Shown: one piece after another, positions 15,838-23,252 of the stretch
Position numbering within the stretch: position 1 is the first letter of the stretch
Layout of the letters: each line of letters begins with the position of its first letter
Assembly (NCBI GenBank): GCA_037445955.1
Contig: JBBIJM010000006.1
Span: 1 to 54,193 of the forward strand
Direction: 5' to 3'
DNA length: 54,193 bases
Source of the DNA: Syntrophobacterales bacterium
GTDB lineage: Bacteria; Desulfobacterota; Syntrophia; Syntrophales; CAMTWB01
Translations under genes and position numbers: made by a program
The notes under the pieces: generated by a model
The model's input: the letters and a program-made list of their open reading frames with translations, nothing else
Told to the model about the DNA's origin: nothing
The model's database searches: none

Positions 15838-18525
15838 ATGCCCCTGGTTGTCTTTTACCTGCAACTTCATCAGCCCTTCCGCCTCCATCCCGAAAGGAAA
15901 AGTTTTCTCTGGGATGATCTCAACCGGGAGGTGTTCGAACGGGTGGCGCAAAAGTCCTACCTGCCGGGACTCGAGATGTTTTGCGAACTTCTGGCCGCCC
16001 ACAGCTCCTTTAAGATCACCCTGAGCATGTCCGGCACCTTCCTGGAACAGGCCGAATCCTTCCGGCCCGAGGTAATCAACGTCCTTTTACGGCTGAAGGA
16101 GAAATGCCCGGGGCAGGTGGAATTTCTCCAGGAAACATACTATCACTCCTTGGCCAGCCTCTTTGCGGACCCCCAAAAGAAGGAATTTCACAAACAGGTA
16201 TCCCTCCACCGGAAAAAGATTTTCGAATTGTTCGGCGACTACCCCACCTCCTTCCGCAACACCGAACTCATGTACAACAACGAAATAGCCGTCCAGGTGG
16301 CCGACTTAGGTTATCTTTCGATCTTGTGCGAAAAAAGGCCCGACATGTTCATCGGGACAGGGAGGCCCATATCGCCCAATGCGGTTTTCCGTTCCCTTGA
16401 CGGGAGGCTGCTGGTCATCCCCAGAAACAGGGAATTGAGCGACGATATCGCCTTCCGCTTCCCCCAGCGGCCCATCTCCCCGGAAGAATACGCCGCGTCC
16501 CTGGCAATGGTCGATGGGGAAGCGGTTCTTTTAGGATTCGATTTTGAACACCTGGGGGAACACATCTGGGATGATAGAGGGATCTTTGATTTCTGGCGCA
16601 AATTGCCCCCCGCCTTGGAAAATGAAAAAACCGTCATCGTTACCACCCCCGGGGACGTGGCGGAAAGATTCAAAGGCGCACCCTGCCCGGTGGTGGACAT
16701 TCATGGCCTTGCCACCTCCTCCTGGGCCGACGACTCCCGGGATACCCAGGGCTGGCTGGGCAACCTGACCCAGTACGGGCTTTTCCAGGAAATCGAAAAA
16801 ATGGAGGAATCCGCGGGAAAGGCCGGGGGGGAACTCCTGCAGAAGTGGCGTTATCTGACCACCTCGGACCATGTTTACTTTCTCCACGAAGGCCGGGGAG
16901 GCGACCAGGCCGTCCATTCCTACTTCAATCCTTACGGTGGTTCCGTGGCTCAGGCGGCCCACGTGCTGACGAGAAAGATCGATCAGCTCAATTTTTCCTT
17001 AAAACGGGTGGAAACCGCAAGAAGACATGAAAAGACCCCGGTCTTGATCATCTCTCCGGAAACGGGACGCCTGCCGGAGGATATGGGGGCGCTCGCGAAA
17101 TACGTCTCCGGCAAGAGCGGGGGACAGGGCGAGGTGGTCTCCGCTCTCTGTGAGGGTCTGTCGGACAAAGGCATCGACGTCCATCTGATCACCCTCAACT
17201 TAAAAAGGCGTTTTCAAAGGGAGGCCGGGCTGGATGACAAGCAATGGCGGGAGATGCGCTACCGGATCGATCCGGAAAACATCCATTTGGTGAGCTCCGC
17301 GGTTTTCGCCGACAACTTGAGCGCCTATGAAGGCGATCCCCTGGCCACGGCCGCGGAGTTCCAGCGGCAGATCATAAACAACCTCGTCAAGGAGATCCGG
17401 TCCCGTCATGGCGGCCGGCTCATTATCCACTCTCACGACTGGATGGCCGGAGGGATTATTGCGGCCTATGCGCGCGCAACCGGCATCCCCGTTTTGCATA
17501 CGGTTCATAATGTGTTTACCGCCCATCTACCCTTGAGTCTGCTTGGGGGAATCCCCATCCGGGGCCTGGAAGAGCTGATTTACTTCTCCTCGAATCAGGG
17601 GATCTCCAGCATCGATTGCCAAGCCACGGCCATCAAAAACGCCACCCTGATAAACTTTGTCGGAGAAAGATTCCTTGAGGAGGTGGTTAGGGATTATTTC
17701 CTCGATCGAGAGATCATCCCGCCCAGCGTCCGCCAGGAGGTGAAGGCCAAGTTTGAAAACGACGCGGCCCTGGCGGTAATTAACGCCCCTTCCCATAACC
17801 TCTATCCGGAGGTTCTGGAGTGTCTGGCAAGGAAATATGGCCCGAAAGACGATATCCTGCGGGCGAAAAAGAAAAACCTCCTGGAATTTCAGAGGAGAAC
17901 GGGGTTGAATATCAATCCGGAAGTGGTGCTTTTTTACTGGCCCTCCCGGCTTGATCCCTTTCAGAAGGGGGTTGAGTTGCTGATAGAGGTGGCCCTGCCC
18001 TTCGTCTCGACACATCCCGAGGCCCAAATCGCCGTTGTGGCCGACGGGGTGGGAGGCGACCTGACTCAGAAGGAGGCTATCGTCAGGATCGCCCTTGCCT
18101 CCTCCGGACGGATCACCTATCAACCATACAGCCAGGAGCTTTCCCTGCTAGGCTACGCCGCGGCCGCCGACGTGTTCGGGGCTTCCCTTTACGAGCCCTG
18201 CGGCCAAATCGATCAGATAGGAAATATCTTCGGGGCCACCGCGACCAACAGGGACACCGGCGGCTATCATGATAAAATCAAGGAGCTTTCCCTGAAACGC
18301 CACGGGGCGCCAAGGGATACGGGAAACGGCTTTCTCTTCCGGGATTACGACCCCGGCGGTCTCTGGTACGGCCTCACAAAGAGTCTCGCCTTTCATCTTC
18401 TCCCGGCGGAAATCCGCAATGAGCAACTCAAAAGGATAATGAGCGAGGCGCGAGAGGCCTATTCCCTGGAAAAAATGATCGAGTCATATATCGGTCTCTA
18501 CGAAAGGCTGGGGTCAAAAAATTAA
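15838..18525 (+). CDS. Fusion protein: GH57 family glycoside hydrolase N-half plus GT5 glycogen/starch synthase-like C-half
   Basis: 895 aa. The N-half starts FYLQLHQPFR (GH57 HQP motif) with FDFEHLGEH. The C-half has KSGGQGEVV (K-x-GG motif of GlgA), HSHDWMAGG, and YEPCGQIDQ...TGGYHD. Confidence 0.75.
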   Translation: MPLVVFYLQLHQPFRLHPERKSFLWDDLNREVFERVAQKSYLPGLEMFCELLAAHSSFKITLSMSGTFLEQAESFRPEVINVLLRLKEKCPGQVEFLQETYYHSLASLFADPQKKEFHKQVSLHRKKIFELFGDYPTSFRNTELMYNNEIAVQVADLGYLSILCEKRPDMFIGTGRPISPNAVFRSLDGRLLVIPRNRELSDDIAFRFPQRPISPEEYAASLAMVDGEAVLLGFDFEHLGEHIWDDRGIFDFWRKLPPALENEKTVIVTTPGDVAERFKGAPCPVVDIHGLATSSWADDSRDTQGWLGNLTQYGLFQEIEKMEESAGKAGGELLQKWRYLTTSDHVYFLHEGRGGDQAVHSYFNPYGGSVAQAAHVLTRKIDQLNFSLKRVETARRHEKTPVLIISPETGRLPEDMGALAKYVSGKSGGQGEVVSALCEGLSDKGIDVHLITLNLKRRFQREAGLDDKQWREMRYRIDPENIHLVSSAVFADNLSAYEGDPLATAAEFQRQIINNLVKEIRSRHGGRLIIHSHDWMAGGIIAAYARATGIPVLHTVHNVFTAHLPLSLLGGIPIRGLEELIYFSSNQGISSIDCQATAIKNATLINFVGERFLEEVVRDYFLDREIIPPSVRQEVKAKFENDAALAVINAPSHNLYPEVLECLARKYGPKDDILRAKKKNLLEFQRRTGLNINPEVVLFYWPSRLDPFQKGVELLIEVALPFVSTHPEAQIAVVADGVGGDLTQKEAIVRIALASSGRITYQPYSQELSLLGYAAAADVFGASLYEPCGQIDQIGNIFGATATNRDTGGYHDKIKELSLKRHGAPRDTGNGFLFRDYDPGGLWYGLTKSLAFHLLPAEIRNEQLKRIMSEAREAYSLEKMIESYIGLYERLGSKN

Positions 18526-18590
18526 ACTTGACAATTCCAAGTTCGAAGCCGACCGGTGAGCTGAATTGTCAAGTTTAAAGATTTGACCCC
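18510..18590. repeat. 81-bp palindromic element (family 2 termini GGGGTCAAA..TTAAAC), likely bidirectional terminator
   Basis: Perfect 14-bp arms AAACTTGACAATTC (18524..18537) and GAATTGTCAAGTTT (18563..18576). The arms extend imperfectly to GGGGTCAAAAAATTAAAC (18510..) and GTTTAAAGATTTGACCCC (..18590). Lies between convergent genes. The left arm contains the GH57-glgA stop codon. Confidence 0.75.
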
Positions 18591-18594
18591 ATTG

Positions 18595-19056
18595 TCACCT
18601 CCGGCGGATCTGGGCTAAAAACCCCGGATCGCCGAAAAAAAACAGCTGCACCCCGAAGAAAAGCAGCCCCAGATCCCGGAAGAGATACCAGCCCATCCGG
18701 CCCGCGCCCCCGGTCGGGGCGGAAAAGCAGCCGCAATCCACGTCGATGCCCCGCAGGATATTGATCAGGATGGCGAAGGTAAAAACCGCCAGGAGCAGGG
18801 AAACCATAAGCGCCCCTCCTCGGAAGAGGATACCGGAAAGAAGGCTCAATCCGATCATGATCTCTACCCAGGGCAGAATCACCGCCGCAGCGAGCGCCGC
18901 CTGAGGGGGCACAAGCTGATAGTTACCGATGGCCTCAGCAAATCCGGACGGATCACCCGCCTTAAGCACTCCCGCATAGAGGAACAATCCCCCGAGAAGC
19001 AGCCTCCCTGCCAGGGAAAGCCAGGGGGATGAGATTATACCGCTGACAATTTGCAT
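18595..19056 (-). CDS. MauE/DoxX-family membrane protein
   Basis: 153 aa, 4 TM, with the CGCF motif (VDCGCFSAP) typical of MauE-like proteins. Coupled to the upstream rhodanese gene by a 5-nt gap. Confidence 0.7.
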   Translation of the reverse strand: MQIVSGIISSPWLSLAGRLLLGGLFLYAGVLKAGDPSGFAEAIGNYQLVPPQAALAAAVILPWVEIMIGLSLLSGILFRGGALMVSLLLAVFTFAILINILRGIDVDCGCFSAPTGGAGRMGWYLFRDLGLLFFGVQLFFFGDPGFLAQIRRR

Positions 19057-19061
19057 GATCC

Positions 19062-19559
19062 CTACCTCTCCCTCGGGTATCCCCGGGCCTGCCAGCTTCC
19101 CCAGCCGTCAACCAGATAGGCGACCGGCTTCACGCCCCGCCCCTCTAAGACCTGGACGAGATTCAACGCCGACCGGCAATTTTTCCCGGAACAGTAGGCA
19201 ACGAGCCTTTTCCCCCCGGCCAGTAAGGCGCTAAGTAACGGGACAAACTCTCCTTCAGAGCCCTCCTGAATGTTGAGCGCCCCGGGGAGCCTCCCCTGCT
19301 GGTAGCTCCAGGGATCCCGGGCGTCGAGAAAGACCACGGCATTTTCCCGGTAGAGCCGGTAGGCCTCATCGATGGCCATGGCCCTTTCCCCGGCGCCTGT
19401 CCCCTGCCTCGGGATGTCTCCGCCTCCAGAAAGCGGCGGAAGCTCCGCCGGTCCAAGGAGATAGTAGCCGCCCATCCCGACCAGGGCGATCGTCACCAGG
19501 ATCAGCCCCTCATAAAGGCCCTTCTTAAAGTTCCTGAGGAGTTCTTCTCTCGACTTCAT
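19062..19559 (-). CDS. Membrane-anchored rhodanese-domain sulfurtransferase
   Basis: N-terminal TM. Rhodanese fold with active-site loop CSGKNCRS. Confidence 0.75.
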   Translation of the reverse strand: MKSREELLRNFKKGLYEGLILVTIALVGMGGYYLLGPAELPPLSGGGDIPRQGTGAGERAMAIDEAYRLYRENAVVFLDARDPWSYQQGRLPGALNIQEGSEGEFVPLLSALLAGGKRLVAYCSGKNCRSALNLVQVLEGRGVKPVAYLVDGWGSWQARGYPRER

Positions 19560-19580
19560 GGCTCGATCCGTTTTTGTCCG

Positions 19581-19608
19581 ATTCTATCAGGAAGATGTTT
19601 CTTGTCCA
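19581..19608 (-). promoter_or_regulatory. Candidate sigma70 promoter of the rhodanese-mauE pair
   Basis: Minus strand: TGGACA (19608..19603), 16-nt spacer, TAGAAT (19586..19581). Confidence 0.5.
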
Positions 19609-19613
19609 GATTT

Positions 19614-19640
19614 ATCTACAGGGATGTCATCTACAGGGAT
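19614..19640. repeat. Direct repeat ATCTACAGGGAT x2 (15-bp period) just upstream of the -35
   Basis: Copies at 19614..19625 and 19629..19640 are identical. The second overlaps the stop codon of the MFS gene. Confidence 0.8.
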
Positions 19641-20845
19641 TTGTTATCCCCGGATCGCAAGAACCAAAAAACCGCTATCGCCAGAATTATCCCGAAGAGG
19701 AGGTAGGCATTCTCGAAATTCAGGAAAACACCCAGGGAATATGCAATCAGGGGACCTAAGGCGGCGCCGCAATCGGTACCCGTGGCGAATACCCCGATGA
19801 AAAGATGGGGTCTTCTCATCCGCACCGACAGGTTGCCGGCGAGGGCGCCTAAGGTTATATTGAGGCCGGCGCTGGTGACAAACAGCAGGGCCAGAAGCGG
19901 GAACAGAAGCGGTCCCCTCGTCCACCCCAGGCCCCCGAGGCCCGTCATAAGGAGCAGGACAAGCAGGATCAGGGTCCGTCGTTCTCCCAGCCGATCAAAC
20001 AACCGGCCGATCACCGGGGCGAAGATGATGTCCGAAGTCCAGCGCAAGGCCAAAAGGAGTCCGGCCAGGGTGCCGATATTGATCGCGAAGGGGAGAGATA
20101 AATCCCCGTTTCCCAGACGGTGGGCAAGAAACAGGGAGGCGGTGGAGATGACGATCCCTTCGAAGGCGCTGTGGGTGAGACCGGCCGCCAGAAGCCGGCG
20201 GGCGGGCGGGCTCTTTAACGCCTCCTGCCAGCCCTGAATCAGGGGTGAGCGGGAAGGGGAAATCCCTGCCGTCTCCCGGGGCCAGGGGATACTCATGGCG
20301 ACGGGGACGGCGATGCCCGTTAAAATCAGGAGCCCCCAAATCCCCGCCTGATAGCCCGCTACATCCCGGAGAAACCCGCCTAAAAGGACGCCAAAGGCGC
20401 TGCCCAGACGGATGATCCCCCAGAGCAGTCCCATCAGGCTTCCCCGGTTTGATTCCCCGCCGGTCCAGATCGCCTGATAGCCGGCCTGCCGCAAGGCCGA
20501 CCAGGCGACGCCCCAGCCCGTTCGGGCGATGAAAAAGACCCAGAATCCCCAGGCGGCTCCGTACAGCGAGGTGGTGACGAGGGCGCCTATCGTTGCCAGG
20601 ACAAAAGGAACCCGCGGCCCAAAGCGCTCAAAGATCCCGCTGGCCCAGGTGTTGGAAATCAGCCTTACCAGCCGGTTTACCGAAAGCAAAACCCCCACCA
20701 GAGGAAGGGCGATACCCAGACTTTCCGCCTCGAGGGGCAGGCTCCCGTAGAGGAACGAATCGCCCATGATGGAAAGACCGACGGCCAAACCGACAGCCGC
20801 AACCAGCCGTCGCGGTTGGCAGGTGGGCTGATCCGAAGACTTCAC
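19631..20845 (-). CDS. MFS-type transporter
   Basis: 404 aa, about 12 TM, MFS-like loop motifs. Directly abuts the upstream MOT1-like gene. Confidence 0.7.
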   Translation of the reverse strand: MKSSDQPTCQPRRLVAAVGLAVGLSIMGDSFLYGSLPLEAESLGIALPLVGVLLSVNRLVRLISNTWASGIFERFGPRVPFVLATIGALVTTSLYGAAWGFWVFFIARTGWGVAWSALRQAGYQAIWTGGESNRGSLMGLLWGIIRLGSAFGVLLGGFLRDVAGYQAGIWGLLILTGIAVPVAMSIPWPRETAGISPSRSPLIQGWQEALKSPPARRLLAAGLTHSAFEGIVISTASLFLAHRLGNGDLSLPFAINIGTLAGLLLALRWTSDIIFAPVIGRLFDRLGERRTLILLVLLLMTGLGGLGWTRGPLLFPLLALLFVTSAGLNITLGALAGNLSVRMRRPHLFIGVFATGTDCGAALGPLIAYSLGVFLNFENAYLLFGIILAIAVFWFLRSGDNKSL

Positions 20846-21982
20846 TTACTCGCTTCCCCGTCCGAACCGCTTGAATCCGTAGAAAACAATGGTCCCTAGC
20901 ACCAACCCGACCAGAAACCCCTGGGGAACCGCGAAGGCAACCACCCCGACCAGAAGGGCAATCGCCGTATCCCGGGCGGAATGACCCTGGTCACGCACCA
21001 GGACAAGAAGGGTCAGGGCCTCAAAGAGTAAAACGACCCCCAGGATCGGCAGAGGAAACACCTTGATGACCTCGTGGAGCGGTCCGCTCAAAAACAGGCC
21101 CAGGATCAGATAAAAGGCGCCGTAGATGACCACCGATCCACCGGTCCGGGCACCGAACGCATAATGACCGGCGAGCCCTCCGCACCCGTGACATACCGGA
21201 ATCCCGCCCAGAAAAGGAGCGAGCAGGTTTAACAAAGAATAGGTGATCCCGATTTTGGCCACCGAGGCAGGTCGCTGCGGAAAGAGATCGCGGATCGTCT
21301 GAACGGTGGCGATAACGGAGTTCGAGATAGAAAGCGAAAGCTGCGGCAGTGCCAGCACCACAAAGCCGGTAGCGATGTCGTCGAGGCTCGGGCTCTGAAG
21401 CGACGGCAACGAAAGAGTAATCCCGTCGGAGATAGCCTTAAGCGAAAGACCGGAGGCAAAAGCATAGACAACGCCGACGGCGATGATGAGGAGCCCCGGC
21501 GGAAAACGCCGGTTACCCCAGAGCGCCGCCATGATAACCACGCCGCATCCGGCCAGGACATAGCCGCTTAAACCCAGTGAGGGAATATAGCTTTTCAGTG
21601 CCAGGGCGGCCAGGGACAGGCCCAGCCCGAACTGAATCCCCCGGACGACGCAGCCCGGTATCCACCGTGCGAGAAAGGTCAGTCCTCCCGAAACGGTAAG
21701 TAAAAGCATCGCCAAGCCGATGGCAAGTCCGGCGCCGAATAAAACGCCGCCGGCAATCTTCTGGGTGATGACCAGTACCGCCATGGCCTTGAGCGGCTGG
21801 AGGGGCATCGGGAGTCCGTAGAGATAACCGGTGATAATCTGAAAGGCCCCGAAGACGATAAAGACACCTGCGCTGTCGAGGCCTGCCGCCAGGATAATGC
21901 CGACGATAAGCGGCAGGTCGGTGCCGATGTCACCGAAGCTGCCGGCCAGCTCGTTGCGGTCGAATCGGACCCGGCTTTTCAC
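20846..21982 (-). CDS. MOT1/SulP-related putative molybdate or sulfate transporter
   Basis: Start reassigned to GTG 21982 (VKSRVRFDRNELAGSFGDIGTDLPL), preceded by GGGGAGA. The FDRNELxGxFGD start is typical of this family. The first ~65 codons of track ORF 20846..22177 translate repeat copy C. Confidence 0.65.
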   Translation of the reverse strand: MKSRVRFDRNELAGSFGDIGTDLPLIVGIILAAGLDSAGVFIVFGAFQIITGYLYGLPMPLQPLKAMAVLVITQKIAGGVLFGAGLAIGLAMLLLTVSGGLTFLARWIPGCVVRGIQFGLGLSLAALALKSYIPSLGLSGYVLAGCGVVIMAALWGNRRFPPGLLIIAVGVVYAFASGLSLKAISDGITLSLPSLQSPSLDDIATGFVVLALPQLSLSISNSVIATVQTIRDLFPQRPASVAKIGITYSLLNLLAPFLGGIPVCHGCGGLAGHYAFGARTGGSVVIYGAFYLILGLFLSGPLHEVIKVFPLPILGVVLLFEALTLLVLVRDQGHSARDTAIALLVGVVAFAVPQGFLVGLVLGTIVFYGFKRFGRGSE

Positions 21983-22047
21983 TGGAGTATCTCCCCAAGC
22001 GACCAGGACGAAATCCCTGTCTTCGCCGTTATTATTGAAGATCCGCT

Positions 22048-22210
22048 TGTCATTTCGGCCGTTATTCTTGTCATTTCGACCGCAGGGAGAAATCTTAAAC
22101 AACCAAAAGGCAAGATTTCTCGTCGCTTTCGCTCCTCGAAATGACCGGGGGGTTGCCTTCGCTCCTCCAAATGACATTATTCAAAGGTCTCAATTTTAAA
22201 GACCTGACCC
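22048..22210 (-). repeat. Dispersed palindromic repeat, family 1, copy C (reverse orientation) ending in a family-2-type terminus
   Basis: The reverse complement contains GGGGTCAGGTCTTTAAAATT, CTTTGAATAATGTC, AGGAGCGAAAGCGACGAGAAATCTT and GTTTAAGATTTCTCCCTGCGGTCGAAATGACA, the last identical to copy A. Confidence 0.8.
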
Positions 22211-22245
22211 CTGGCTCCCTCAGATGCAATAATGCGCTTGTCTAT

Positions 22246-22267
22246 AGATAATTATTGTTCTTGTCAA
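22246..22267 (-). promoter_or_regulatory. Candidate promoter/operator upstream of the MOT1-MFS pair
   Basis: Minus strand TTGACAAGAACAATAATTATCT matches 19 of 22 positions of the perR promoter/operator at 53333..53312. The -10 is weak (TATAGA/ATAGAC). Confidence 0.35.
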
Positions 22268-22451
22268 TCACCGTTTCACAAATCCCTCATCAAGGGGGGC
22301 TTCCCCTTTCCGAAGGTCCTTGAAAAGAAGACCGGCCCGGGGTATAGGAAAAAAGAGATTGAACGATGTCCGGCAGCGCAGCCAAGACGTCCGCCGCCTG
22401 TCTAACCGATCATCCATACAACCGGATTACCCGGGCAGGAGGGCTTTCGAC

Positions 22452-23108
22452 ATGAAAGCAGAATCATCCCGGTCATGCCGGGCGATTATCTACGCCCTGC
22501 TGGCAGAGGCCCTGGCCCCGCCGGAGGAACCTTTCCTCAGGCGCCTCACCGCCGGGGAGTGGGGTGAGGAATTGAGGGAAAACTTAAGCCGCCTGGGTTA
22601 CCCGGGCGAGACTCCCACGGAGCTGCAAAAACCGCAGCAGTCCCCGTTGCCGCTTAAGGATGAATATTGGCAGCGCTTCGCCCGGCCCGGCGGAGAGGCC
22701 GTCCGGCTGGTCGAATCGGTTTACAGACCCTGGACGCTCGATGAATCAGCCGCCCTCCCTTTCAGAAAAATGACCGGCCTCGTCGGAGGTGACGCCGCAG
22801 CCCATTTAACCTGGCTGTTCGGGCGGATGGGTCTATCGATCCCGGAGGAATGGCAGGCCACCCCGGATCACCTGGTCCTCGAGCTGGAACTCATGTCTTA
22901 CCTGGCCGGCGGCGCGGATCGGGCAAGCCAGATCACCTTTCTTAATCAGCATCTAAACTGGCTTCCCCTCCTGCTCAAAAGGTGCGAGGAAGCGGGTATC
23001 GCAGGTTTTTATCGCCTACTCCTGGCATTTGCCGCTCAGTTTGTCGCCTGGGATCTCGAGAGCATAACCCCGGAACAAGGCAGCGATAAGCGGTCTGTCC
23101 CGCCCTGA
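22452..23108 (+). CDS. TorD/DmsD-family redox-enzyme maturation chaperone-like protein
   Basis: Start moved to ATG 22452 (RBS AGGAGGG). CRAIIYALLAEALAPPEE, then DHLVLELELMSYL, typical of TorD-like chaperones. Confidence 0.55.
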   Translation: MKAESSRSCRAIIYALLAEALAPPEEPFLRRLTAGEWGEELRENLSRLGYPGETPTELQKPQQSPLPLKDEYWQRFARPGGEAVRLVESVYRPWTLDESAALPFRKMTGLVGGDAAAHLTWLFGRMGLSIPEEWQATPDHLVLELELMSYLAGGADRASQITFLNQHLNWLPLLLKRCEEAGIAGFYRLLLAFAAQFVAWDLESITPEQGSDKRSVPP

Positions 23109-23252
23109 GCCTCCATCCCCGGAGCCCGCTGCGGAAAATCCCGGTTTCGCCCGCCCTGGCCCTCCCCGACAAAATACTGTCAATTTTCCCGACCTTTTGT
23201 TATAGCCTAAGGAGGCTTGAGGAGAACCTCGAAGCCAACAGGAGACCGTCCG

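Noticed and set aside
22320-22451. N-terminal 44 residues of track ORF 22320..23108 (MKRRPARGIGKKRLNDVRQRSQ...)
   Set aside because: It is a basic low-complexity extension from a TTG start. ATG 22452 with an AGGAGGG RBS gives a normal TorD-like N-terminus.
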